In this document: positions 12,273-25,200 of the stretch, one piece after another
How the letters are laid out: each line of letters starts with the position of its first letter
Position numbering within the stretch: position 1 is the stretch's first letter
Origin: the human T2T-CHM13v2.0 reference genome, Homo sapiens
Assembly: GCF_009914755.1 (NCBI RefSeq)
Contig: NC_060946.1
Direction: 5' to 3' (one strand)
Length of the DNA stretch: 64,000 bases
The notes under the pieces: generated by a model
Told to the model about the DNA's origin: nothing
Seen by the model: only the letters and a program-made list of their open reading frames with translations
The model's database searches: none
Program-made: the position numbers and the translations under genes

Positions 12273-13294
12273 CTACTTTTTATACGTAATCCCGTTTCCA
12301 ACGAAATCCTCCAAGCTATCCAAATATCCACTTGCAGATTCCACAGAAAGACTGTTTCAAAACTGCTCTGTCAATAGAAAGGTTCAACTCTGTTAGCTGC
12401 GTGCATATATCCCAAAGAAGATTCTGAGATTGCTTCTGTCTAGTTTTTATGGGAAGATATTTCCCTTTTCACCGTAGGCGTCAAGGCGCTCCAAATGTCC
12501 ACTTCCAGATACTACAAAAAGAGTGTTTCAAACCTACTCTGTGAAAGGGAATATTCAACTCTGTGACTTGAATGCACATATCACAAAGAAGTTTCTGAGA
12601 ATGCTTCTGTCGAGATTTTATATGAAGATATTCCCGTTTCCAACGAAATCCTGAAATCTATCCAAATATCCCCTCGCAGATTCTACAAAAAGAGTGTTTC
12701 AAAACTGCTCTGTAAAAAGAAAGGTTCAACTCTGTTAGTTGAGTACACACATCACAAACAAGTTTCACAGAATGCTTCTTTCTAGCTTGTAGGGGAAGAT
12801 ATTCCCTTTATCACCATGGTCCTCAAACCGTCCGAAACGTCCACTTCCATATACTACAAAAAGAGCGTTTCAAACCTGCTCTAGGAAAGGCAATGTTCAA
12901 CTCTGTGACTTGAATGCAGACATCACAGAACAGTTTCTGAGAATGCTTCTGTCTAGATTTTATAGGAAGATATTCCCGTTTCCAACGAAATCTTCAAATC
13001 TATCCAAATGTCCACTTGCAGATTCATCAAAAAGTGTTTTTCAGAACTGCTCTATCAAAAGAAAGATCCACCTCTGTTAGCTGAGTTCACACATCACAAA
13101 CAAGTTTATGAGAATGCTTCTGTCTAGTTTTTATTTGAAGATATTTCCTTTCTCACCATAGACCTGAAAGCTGTCCTAATGTTCACTTCCAGATACTACA
13201 GAAAGAGTGTTTCAAAACTGCTGTACGAAAGGGAATGTTCAACTCTGTGACTTGAATGCACACATCACAAAGAAGTTTCTGAGGATGCTGCTGT
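12273..13294 (-). repeat. 6-monomer structural variant of the HOR (1022 bp; one 342-bp dimer deleted), copy 1
   Basis: Marker spacing jumps from 11843 to 14229 (2386 = 1364+1022). The junction reads tataggaagatattcccgtttccaacgaaatcttcaaatct, joining the left flank of box 3 to the right flank of box 4. Confidence 0.96.
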
Positions 13295-16200
13295 CTACTT
13301 TTTATACGTAATCCCGTTTCCAACGAAATCCTCCAAGCTATCCAAATATCCACTTGCAGATTCCACAGAAAGACTGTTTCAAAACTGCTCTGTCAATAGA
13401 AAGGTTCAACTCTGTTAGCTGCGTGCATATATCCCAAAGAAGATTCTGAGATTGCTTCTGTCTAGTTTTTATGGGAAGATATTTCCCTTTTCACCGTAGG
13501 CGTCAAGGCGCTCCAAATGTCCACTTCCAGATACTACAAAAAGAGTGTTTCAAACCTACTCTGTGAAAGCGAATATTCAACTCTGTGACTTGAATGCACA
13601 TATCACAAAGAAGTTTCTGAGAATGCTTCTGTCGAGATTTTATATGAAGATATTCCCGTTTCCAACGAAATCCTGAAATCTATCCAAATATCCCCTCGCA
13701 GATTCTACAAAAAGAGTGTTTCAAAACTGCTCTGTAAAAAGAAAGGTTCAACTCTGTTAGTTGAGTACACACATCACAAACAAGTTTCACAGAATGCTTC
13801 TTTCTAGCTTGTAGGGGAAGATATTCCCTTTATCACCATGGGCCTCCAACCGTCCGAAACGTCCACTTCCATATACTACCAAAAGAGCGTTTCAAACCTG
13901 CTCTAGGAAAGGCAATGTTCAACTCTGTGACTTGAATGCAGACATCACAGAGCAGTTTCTGAGAATGCTTCTGTCTAGATTTTATAGGAAGATATTCCCG
14001 TTTCCAACGAAATCTTCACAGCTATCCAAATATCCACTTGCAGATTCTACAAAAAGAGTGTATCAAAACTGCTCTGTCAAAAGGAAGGTTCTTCTCTGTT
14101 AGGTGAGTGCATACGTCATAAAGGAGTTTCTGAGAATGTTTCTGTCTAGTGGTTATGGGAAGATATTTGCTTTTTCACCGTAGGCCTCAGAGCGCTCCAA
14201 ATATCCACTTGCACATACTACAAAAAGAGTGCCTCAAAGCTGCTCTCTGAAACGGAATGTTCAACTCTATGAGTTGAATGCAAACATCACAAAGACGTTT
14301 CTGAGAATGCTTCTGTCTAGATTTGATATGAAGATATTCCCGTTTCCAACGAAATCTTCAAATCTATCCAAATGTCCACTTGCAGATTCAACAAAAAGTG
14401 TTTTTCAGAACTGCTCTATCAAAAGAAAGATCCACCTCTGTTAGCTGAGTTCACACATCACAAACAAGTTTATGAGAATGCTTCTGTCTAGTTTTTATTT
14501 GAAGATATTTCCTTTCTCACCATAGACCTGAAAGCTGTCCTAATGTTCACTTCCAGATACTACAGAAAGAGTGTTTAAAAACTGCTGTACGAAAGGGAAT
14601 GTTCAACTCTGTGACTTGAATGCACACATCACAAAGAAGTTTCTGAGGATGCTGCTGTCTACTTTTTATACGTAATCCCGTTTCCAACGAAATCCTCCAA
14701 GCTATCCAAATATCCACTTGCAGATTCCACAGAAAGACTGTTTCAAAACTGCTCTGTCAATAGAAAGGTTCAACTCTGTTAGCTGCGTGCATATATCCCA
14801 AAGAAGATTCTGAGATTGCTTCTGTCTAGTTTTTATGGGAAGATATTTCCCTTTTCACCGTAGGCGTCAAGGCGCTCCAAATGTCCACTTCCAGATACTA
14901 CAAAAAGAGTGTTTCAAACCTACTCTGTGAAAGGGAATATTCAACTCTGTGACTTGAATGCACATATCACAAAGAAGTTTCTGAGAATGCTTCTGTCGAG
15001 ATTTTATATGAAGATGTTCCCGTTTCCAACGAAATCCTGAAATCTATCCAAATATCACCTCGCAGATTCTACAAAAAGAGTGTTTCAAAACTGCTCTGTA
15101 AAAAGAAAGTTTCAACTCTGTTACTTGAGTACACACATCACAAACAAGTTTCACAGAATGCTTCTTTCTAGCTTGTAGGGGAAGATATTCCCTTTATCAC
15201 CATGGTCCTCAAACCGTCCGAAACGTCCACTTCCATATACTACAAAAAGAGCGTTTCAAACCTGCTCTATGAAAGGCAATGTTCAACTCTGTGACTTGAA
15301 TGCAGACATCACAGAGCAGTTTCTGAGAATGCTTCTGTCTAGATTTTATAGGAAGATATTCCCGTTTCCAACGAAATCTTCACAGCTATCCAAATATCCA
15401 CTTGCAGATTCTACAAAAAGAGTGTATCAAAACTGCTCTGTCAAAAGGAAGGTTCTTCTCTGTTAGGTGAGTGCATACGTCATAAAGGAGTTTCTGAGAA
15501 TGTTTCTGTCTAGTGGTTATGGGAAGATATTTGCTTTTTCACCGTAGTCCTCAGAGCGCTCCAAATATCCACTTGCACATACTACAAAAAGAGTGCCTCA
15601 AAGCTGCTCTCTGAAACGGAATGTTCAACTCTATGAGTTGAATGCAAACATCACAAAGACGTTTCTGAGAATGCTTCTGTCTAGATTTGATATGAAGATA
15701 TTCCCGTTTCCAACGAAATCTTCAAATCTATCCAAATGTCCACTTGCAGATTCAACAAAAAGTGTTTTTCAGAACTGCTCTATCAAAAGAAAGATCCACT
15801 TCTGTTAGCTGAGTTCACACATCACAAACAAGTTTATGAGAATGCTTCTGTCTAGTTTTTATTTGAAGATATTTCCTTTCTCACCATAGACCTGAAAGCT
15901 GTCCTAATGTTCACTTCCAGATACTACAGAAAGAGTGTTTCAAAACTGCTGTACGAAAGGGAATGTTCAACTCTGTGACTTGAATGCACACATCACAAAG
16001 AAGTTTCTGAGGATGCTGCTGTCTACTTTTTATACGTAATCCCGTTTCCAACGAAATCCTCCAAGCTATCCAAATATCCACTTGCAGATTCCACAGAAAG
16101 ACTGTTTCAAAACTGCTCTGTCAATAGAAAGGTTCAACTCTGTTAGCTGCGTGCATATATCCCAAAGAAGATTCTGAGATTGCTTCTGTCTAGTTTTTAT

Positions 16201-19200
16201 GGGAAGATATTTCCCTTTTCACCGTAGGTGTCAAGGCGCTCCAAATGTCCACTTCCAGATACTACAAAAAGAGTGTTTCAAACCTACTCTGTGAAAAGGA
16301 ATATTCAACTCTGTGACTTGAATGCAGATATCACAAAGAAGTTTCTGAGAATGCTTCTGTCGAGATTTTATATGAAGATATTCCCGTTTCCAACGAAATC
16401 CTGAAATCTATCCAAATATCCCCTCGCAGATTCTACAAAAAGAGTGTTTCAAAACTGCTCTGTAAAAAGAAAGGTTCAACTCTGTTAGTTGAGTACACAC
16501 ATCACAAACAAGTTTCACAGAATGCTTCTTTCTAGCTTGTAGGGGAAGATATTCCCTTTATCACCATGGGCCTCCAACCGTCCGAAACGTCCACTTCCAT
16601 ATACTACAAAAAGAGCGTTTCAAACCTGCTCTAGGAAAGGCAATGTTCAACTCTGTGACTTGAATGCAGACATCACAGAGCAGTTTCTGAGAATGCTTCT
16701 GTCTAGATTTTATAGGAAGATATTCCCGTTTCCAACGAAATCTTCACAGCTATCCAAATATCCACTTGCAGATTCTACAAAAAGAGTGTATCAAAACTGC
16801 TCTGTCAAAAGGAAGGTTCTTCTCTGTTAGGTGAGTGCATACGTCATAAAGGAGTTTCTGAGAATGTTTCTGTCTAGTGGTTATGGGAAGATATTTCCTT
16901 TTTCACCGTAGGCCTCAGAGCGCTCCAAATATCCACTTGCACATACTACAAAAAGAGTGCCTCAAAGCTGCTCTTTGAAACGGAATGTTCAACTCTATGA
17001 GTTGAATGCAAACATCACAAAGACGTTTCTGAGAATGCTTCTGTCTAGATTTGATATGAAGATATTCCCGTTTCCAACGAAATCTTCAAATCTATCCAAA
17101 TGTCCACTTGCAGATTCAACAAAAAGTGTTTTTCAGAACTGCTCTATCAAAAGAAAGATCCACATCTGTTAGCTGAGTTCACACATCACAAACAAGTTTA
17201 TGAGAATGCTTCTGTCTAGTTTTTATTTGAAGATATTTCCTTTCTCACCATAGACCTGAAAGCTGTCCTAATGTTCACTTCCAGATACTACAGAAAGAGT
17301 GTTTCAAAACTGCTGTATGAAAGGGAATGTTGAACTCTGTGACTTGAATGCACACATCACAAAGAAGTTTCTGAGGATGCTGCTGTCTACTTTTTATATG
17401 TAATCCCGTTTCCAACGAAATCCTCCAAGCTATCCAAATATCCACTTGCAGATTCCACAGAAAGACTGTTTCAAAACTGCTCTGTCAATAGAAAGGTTCA
17501 ACTCTGTTAGCTGCGTGCATATATCCCAAAGAAGATTCTGAGATTGCTTCTGTCTAGTTTTTATGGGAAGATATTTCCCTTTTCACCGTAGGCGTCAAGG
17601 CGCTCCAAATGTCCACTTCCAGATACTACAAAAAGAGTGTTTCAAACCTACTCTGTGAAAGGGAATATTCAACTCTGTGACTTGAATGCACATATCACAA
17701 AGAAGTTTCTGATAATGCTTCTGTCGAGATTTTATATGAAGATATTCCCGTTTCCAACGAAATCCTGAAATCTATCCAAATATCCCCTCGCAGATTCTAC
17801 AAAAAGAGTGTTTCAAAACTGCTCTGTAAAAAGAAAGGTTCAACTCTGTTAGTTGAGTACACACATCACAAACAAGTTTCACAGAATGCTTCTTTCTAGC
17901 TTGTAGGGGAAGATATTCCCTTTATCACCATGGGCCTCCAACCGTCCGAAACGTCCACTTCCATATACTACCAAAAGAGCGTTTCAAACCTGCTCTAGGA
18001 AAGGCAATGTTCAACTCTGTGACTTGAATGCAGACATCACAGAGCAGTTTCTGAGAATGCTTCTGTCTAGATTTTATAGGAAGATATTCCCGTTTCCAAC
18101 GAAATCTTCACAGCTATCCAAATATCCACTTGCAGATTCTACAAAAAGAGTGTATCAAAACTGCTCTGTCAAAAGGAAGGTTCTTCTCTGTTAGGTGAGT
18201 GCATACGTCATAAAGGAGTTTCTGAGAATGTTTCTGTCTAGTGGTTATGGGAAGATATTTGCTTTTTCACCGTAGGCCTCAGAGCGCTCCAAATATCCAC
18301 TTGCACATACTACAAAAAGAGTGCCTCAAAGCTGCTCTCTGAAACGGAATGTTCAACTCTATGAGTTGAATGCAAACATCACAAAGACGTTTCTGAGAAT
18401 GCTTCTGTCTAGATTTGATATGAAGATATTCCCGTTTCCAACGAAATCTTCAAATCTATCCAAATGTCCACTTGCAGATTCAACAAAAAGTGTTTTTCAG
18501 AACTGCTCTATCAAAAGAAAGATCCACCTCTGTTAGCTGAGTTCACACATCCAAACAAGTTTATGAGAATGCTTCTGTCTAGTTTTTATTTGAAGATATT
18601 TCCTTTCTCACCATAGACCTGAAAGCTGTCCTAATGTTCACTTCCAGATACTACAGAAAGAGTGTTTCAAAACTGCTGTACGAAAGGGAATGTTCAACTC
18701 TGTGACTTGAATGCACACATCACAAAGAAGTTTCTGAGGATGCTGCTGTCTACTTTTTATACGTAATCCCGTTTCCAACGAAATCCTCCAAGCTATCCAA
18801 ATATCCACTTGCAGATTCCACAGAAAGACTGTTTCAAAACTGCTCTGTCAATAGAAAGGTTCAACTCTGTTAGCTGCGTGCATATATCCCAAAGAAGATT
18901 CTGAGATTGCTTCTGTCTAGTTTTTATGGGAAGATATTTCCCTTTTCACCGTAGGTGTCAAGGCGCTCCAAATGTCCACTTCCAGATACTACAAAAAGAG
19001 TGTTTCAAACCTACTCTGTGAAAAGGAATATTCAACTCTGTGACTTGAATGCAGATATCACAAAGAAGTTTCTGAGAATGCTTCTGTCGAGATTTTATAT
19101 GAAGATATTCCCGTTTCCAACGAAATCCTGAAATCTATCCAAATATCCCCTCGCAGATTCTACAAAAAGAGTGTTTCAAAACTGCTCTGTAAAAAGAAAG

Positions 19201-22200
19201 GTTCAACTCTGTTAGTTGAGTACACACATCACAAACAAGTTTCACAGAATGCTTCTTTCTAGCTTGTAGGGGAAGATATTCCCTTTATCACCATGGGCCT
19301 CCAACCGTCCGAAACGTCCACTTCCATATACTACAAAAAGAGCGTTTCAAACCTGCTCTAGGAAAGGCAATGTTCAACTCTGTGACTTGAATGCAGACAT
19401 CACAGAGCAGTTTCTGAGAATGCTTCTGTCTAGATTTTATAGGAAGATATTCCCGTTTCCAACGAAATCTTCACAGCTATCCAAATATCCACTTGCAGAT
19501 TCTACAAAAAGAGTGTATCAAAACTGCTCTGTCAAAAGGAAGGTTCTTCTCTGTTAGGTGAGTGCATACGTCATAAAGGAGTTTCTGAGAATGTTTCTGT
19601 CTAGTGGTTATGGGAAGATATTTGCTTTTTCACCGTAGGCCTCAGAGCGCTCCAAATATCCACTTGCACATACTACAAAAAGAGTGCCTCAAAGCTGCTC
19701 TCTGAAACGGAATGTTCAACTCTATGAGTTGAATGCAAACATCACAAAGACGTTTCTGAGAATGCTTCTGTCTAGATTTGATATGAAGATATTCCCGTTT
19801 CCAACGAAATCTTCAAATCTATCCAAATGTCCACTTGCAGATTCAACAAAAAGTGTTTTTCAGAACTGCTGTATCAAAAGAAAGATCCACGTCTGTTAGC
19901 TGAGTTCACACATCACAAACAAGTTTATGAGAATGCTTCTGTCTAGTTTTTATTTGAAGATATTTCCTTTCTCACCATAGACCTGAAAGCTGTCCTAATG
20001 TTCACTTCCAGATACTACAGAAAGAGTGTTTCAAAACTGCTGTACGAAAGGGAATGTTCAACTCTGTGACTTGAATGCACACATCACAAAGAAGTTTCTG
20101 AGGATGCTGCTGTCTACTTTTTATACGTAATCCCGTTTCCAACGAAATCCTCCAAGCTATCCAAATATCCACTTGCAGATTCCACAGAAAGACTGTTTCA
20201 AAACTGCTCTGTCAATAGAAAGGTTCAACTCTGTTAGCTGCGTGCATATATCCCAAAGAAGATTCTGAGATTGCTTCTGTCTAGTTTTTATGGGAAGATA
20301 TTTCCCTTTTCACCGTAGGTGTCAAGGCGCTCCAAATGTCCACTTCCAGATACTACAAAAAGAGTGTTTCAAACCTACTCTGTGAAAAGGAATATTCAAC
20401 TCTGTGACTTGAATGCAGATATCACAAAGAAGTTTCTGAGAATGCTTCTGTCGAGATTTTATATGAAGATATTCCCGTTTCCAACGAAATCCTGAAATCT
20501 ATCCAAATATCCCCTCGCAGATTCTACAAAAAGAGTGTTTCAAAACTGCTCTGTAAAAAGAAAGGTTCAACTCTGTTAGTTGAGTACACACATCACAAAC
20601 AAGTTTCACAGAATGCTTCTTTCTAGCTTGTAGGGGAAGATATTCCCTTTATCACCATGGGCCTCCAACCGTCCGAAACGTCCACTTCCATATACTACAA
20701 AAAGAGCGTTTCAAACCTGCTCTAGGAAAGGCAATGTTCAACTCTGTGACTTGAATGCAGACATCACAGAGCAGTTTCTGAGAATGCTTCTGTCTAGATT
20801 TTATAGGAAGATATTCCCGTTTCCAACGAAATCTTCACAGCTATCCAAATATCCACTTGCAGATTCTACAAAAAGAGTGTATCAAAACTGCTCTGTCAAA
20901 AGGAAGGTTCTTCTCTGTTAGGTGAGTGCATACGTCATAAAGGAGTTTCTGAGAATGTTTCTGTCTAGTGGTTATGGGAAGATATTTGCTTTTTCACCGT
21001 AGGCCTCAGAGCGCTCCAAATATCCACTTGCACATACTACAAAAAGAGTGCCTCAAAGCTGCTCTCTGAAACGGAATGTTCAACTCTATGAGTTGAATGC
21101 AAACATCACAAAGACGTTTCTGAGAATGCTTCTGTCTAGATTTGATATGAAGATATTCCCGTTTCCAACGAAATCTTCAAATCTATCCAAATGTCCACTT
21201 GCAGATTCAACAAAAAGTGTTTTTCAGAACTGCTCTATCAAAAGAAAGATCCACCTCTGTTAGCTGAGTTCACACATCCAAACAAGTTTATGAGAATGCT
21301 TCTGTCTAGTTTTTATTTGAAGATATTTCCTTTCTCACCATAGACCTGAAAGCTGTCCTAATGTTCACTTCCAGATACTACAGAAAGAGTGTTTCAAAAC
21401 TGCTGTACGAAAGGGAATGTTCAACTCTGTGACTTGAATGCACACATCACAAAGAAGTTTCTGAGGATGCTGCTGTCTACTTTTTATACGTAATCCCGTT
21501 TCCAACGAAATCCTCCAAGCTATCCAAATATCCACTTGCAGATTCCACAGAAAGACTGTTTCAAAACTGCTCTGTCAATAGAAAGGTTCAACTCTGTTAG
21601 CTGCGTGCATATATCCCAAAGAAGATTCTGAGATTGCTTCTGTCTAGTTTTTATGGGAAGATATTTCCCTTTTCACCGTAGGTGTCAAGGCGCTCCAAAT
21701 GTCCACTTCCAGATACTACAAAAAGAGTGTTTCAAACCTACTCTGTGAAAAGGAATATTCAACTCTGTGACTTGAATGCAGATATCACAAAGAAGTTTCT
21801 GAGAATGCTTCTGTCGAGATTTTATATGAAGATATTCCCGTTTCCAACGAAATCCTGAAATCTATCCAAATATCCCCTCGCAGATTCTACAAAAAGAGTG
21901 TTTCAAAACTGCTCTGTAAAAAGAAAGGTTCAACTCTGTTAGTTGAGTACACACATCACAAACAAGTTTCACAGAATGCTTCTTTCTAGCTTGTAGGGGA
22001 AGATATTCCCTTTATCACCATGGGCCTCCAACCGTCCGAAACGTCCACTTCCATATACTACCAAAAGAGCGTTTCAAACCTGCTCTAGGAAAGGCAATGT
22101 TCAACTCTGTGACTTGAATGCAGACATCACAGAGCAGTTTCTGAGAATGCTTCTGTCTAGATTTTATAGGAAGATATTCCCGTTTCCAACGAAATCTTCA

Positions 22201-25200
22201 CAGCTATCCAAATATCCACTTGCAGATTCTACAAAAAGAGTGTATCAAAACTGCTCTGTCAAAAGGAAGGTTCTTCTCTGTTAGGTGAGTGCATACGTCA
22301 TAAAGGAGTTTCTGAGAATGTTTCTGTCTAGTGGTTATGGGAAGATATTTCCTTTTTCACCGTAGGCCTCAGAGCGCTCCAAATATCCACTTGCACATAC
22401 TACAAAAAGAGTGCCTCAAAGCTGCTCTCTGAAATGGAATGTTCAACTCTATGAGTTGAATGCAAACATCACAAAGACGTTTCTGAGAATGCTTCTGTCT
22501 AGATTTGATATGAAGATATTCCCGTTTCCAACGAAATCTTCAAATCTATCCAAATGTCCACTTGCAGATTCAACAAAAAGTGTTTTTCAGAACTGCTCTA
22601 TCAAAAGAAAGATCCACCTCTGTTAGCTGAGTTCACACATCCAAACAAGTTTATGAGAATGCTTCTGTCTAGTTTTTATTTGAAGATATTTCCTTTCTCA
22701 CCATAGACCTGAAAGCTGTCCTAATGTTCACTTCCAGATACTACAGAAAGAGTGTTTCAAAACTGCTGTACGAAAGGGAATGTTCAACTCTGTGACTTGA
22801 ATGCACACATCACAAAGAAGTTTCTGAGGATGCTGCTGTCTACTTTTTATACGTAATCCCGTTTCCAACGAAATCCTCCAAGCTATCCAAATATCCACTT
22901 GCAGATTCCACAGAAAGACTGTTTCAAAACTGCTCTGTCAATAGAAAGGTTCAACTCTGTTAGCTGCGTGCATATATCCCAAAGAAGATTCTGAGATTGC
23001 TTCTGTCTAGTTTTTATGGGAAGATATTTCCCTTTTCACCGTAGGCGTCAAGGCGCTCCAAATGTCCACTTCCAGATACTACAAAAAGAGTGTTTCAAAC
23101 CTACTCTGTGAAAGGGAATATTCAACTCTGTGACTTGAATGCACATATCACAAAGAAGTTTCTGAGAATGCTTCTGTCGAGATTTTATATGAAGATATTC
23201 CCGTTTCCAACGAAATCCTGAAATCTATCCAAATATCCCCTCGCAGATTCTACAAAAAGAGTGTTTCAAAACTGCTCTGTAAAAAGAAAGGTTCAACTCT
23301 GTTAGTTGAGTACACACATCACAAACAAGTTTCACAGAATGCTTCTTTCTAGCTTGTAGGGGAAGATATTCCCTTTATCACCATGGGCCTCCAACCGTCC
23401 GAAACGTCCACTTCCATATACTACAAAAAGAGCGTTTCAAACCTGCTCTAGGAAAGGCAATGTTCAACTCTGTGACTTGAATGCAGACATCACAGAGCAG
23501 TTTCTGAGAATGCTTCTGTCTAGATTTTATAGGAAGATATTCCCGTTTCCAACGAAATCTTCACAGCTATCCAAATATCCACTTGCAGATTCTACAAAAA
23601 GAGTGTATCAAAACTGCTCTGTCAAAAGGAAGGTTCTTCTCTGTTAGGTGAGTGCATACGTCATAAAGGAGTTTCTGAGAATGTTTCTGTCTAGTGGTTA
23701 TGGGAAGATATTTCCTTTTTCACCGTAGGCCTCAGAGCGCTCCAAATATCCACTTGCACATACTACAAAAAGAGTGCCTCAAAGCTGCTCTTTGAAACGG
23801 AATGTTCAACTCTATGAGTTGAATGCAAACATCACAAAGACGTTTCTGAGAATGCTTCTGTCTAGATTTGATATGAAGATATTCCCGTTTCCAACGAAAT
23901 CTTCAAATCTATCCAAATGTCCACTTGCAGATTCAACAAAAAGTGTTTTTCAGAACTGCTCTATCAAAAGAAAGATCCACATCTGTTAGCTGAGTTCACA
24001 CATCACAAACAAGTTTATGAGAATGCTTCTGTCTAGTTTTTATTTGAAGATATTTCCTTTCTCACCATAGACCTGAAAGCTGTCCTAATGTTCACTTCCA
24101 GATACTACAGAAAGAGTGTTTCAAAACTGCTGTATGAAAGGGAATGTTGAACTCTGTGACTTGAATGCACACATCACAAAGAAGTTTCTGAGGATGCTGC
24201 TGTCTACTTTTTATATGTAATCCCGTTTCCAACGAAATCCTCCAAGCTATCCAAATATCCACTTGCAGATTCCACAGAAAGACTGTTTCAAAACTGCTCT
24301 GTCAATAGAAAGGTTCAACTCTGTTAGCTGCGTGCATATATCCCAAAGAAGATTCTGAGATTGCTTCTGTCTAGTTTTTATGGGAAGATATTTCCCTTTT
24401 CACCGTAGGCGTCAAGGCGCTCCAAATGTCCACTTCCAGATACTACAAAAAGAGTGTTTCAAACCTACTCTGTGAAAGGGAATATTCAACTCTGTGACTT
24501 GAATGCACATATCACAAAGAAGTTTCTGATAATGCTTCTGTCGAGATTTTATATGAAGATATTCCCGTTTCCAACGAAATCCTGAAATCTATCCAAATAT
24601 CCCCTCGCAGATTCTACAAAAAGAGTGTTTCAAAACTGTTCTGTAAAAAGAAAGGTTCAACTCTGTTAGTTGAGTACACACATCACAAACAAGTATCACA
24701 GAATGCTTCTTTCTAGCTTGTAGGGGAAGATATTCCCTTTATCACCATGGGCCTCAAACCGTCCGAAACGTCCACTTCCATATACTTCAAAAAGAGCGTT
24801 TCAAACCTGCTCTATGAAAGGCAATGTTCAACTCTGTGACTTGAATGCAGACATCACAGACCTGTTTATGAGAATGCTTCTGTCTAGATTTTATAGGATG
24901 ATATTCCCGTTTCCAACGAAATCTTCACAGCTATCCAAATATCCACTTGCAGATTCTACAAAAAGAGTGTATCCAAACTGCTCTGTCAAAAGGAAGGTTC
25001 TTCTCTGTTAGGTGAGTGCATACGTCATAAAGGAGTTTCTGAGAATGTTTCTGTCTAGTGGTTATGGGAAGATATTTGCTTTTTCACCGTAGGCCTCAGA
25101 GCGCTCCAAATATCCACTTGCACATACTACAAAAAGAGTGCCTCAAAGCTGCTCTCTGAAATGGAATGTTCAACTCTATGAGTTGAATGCAAACATCACA

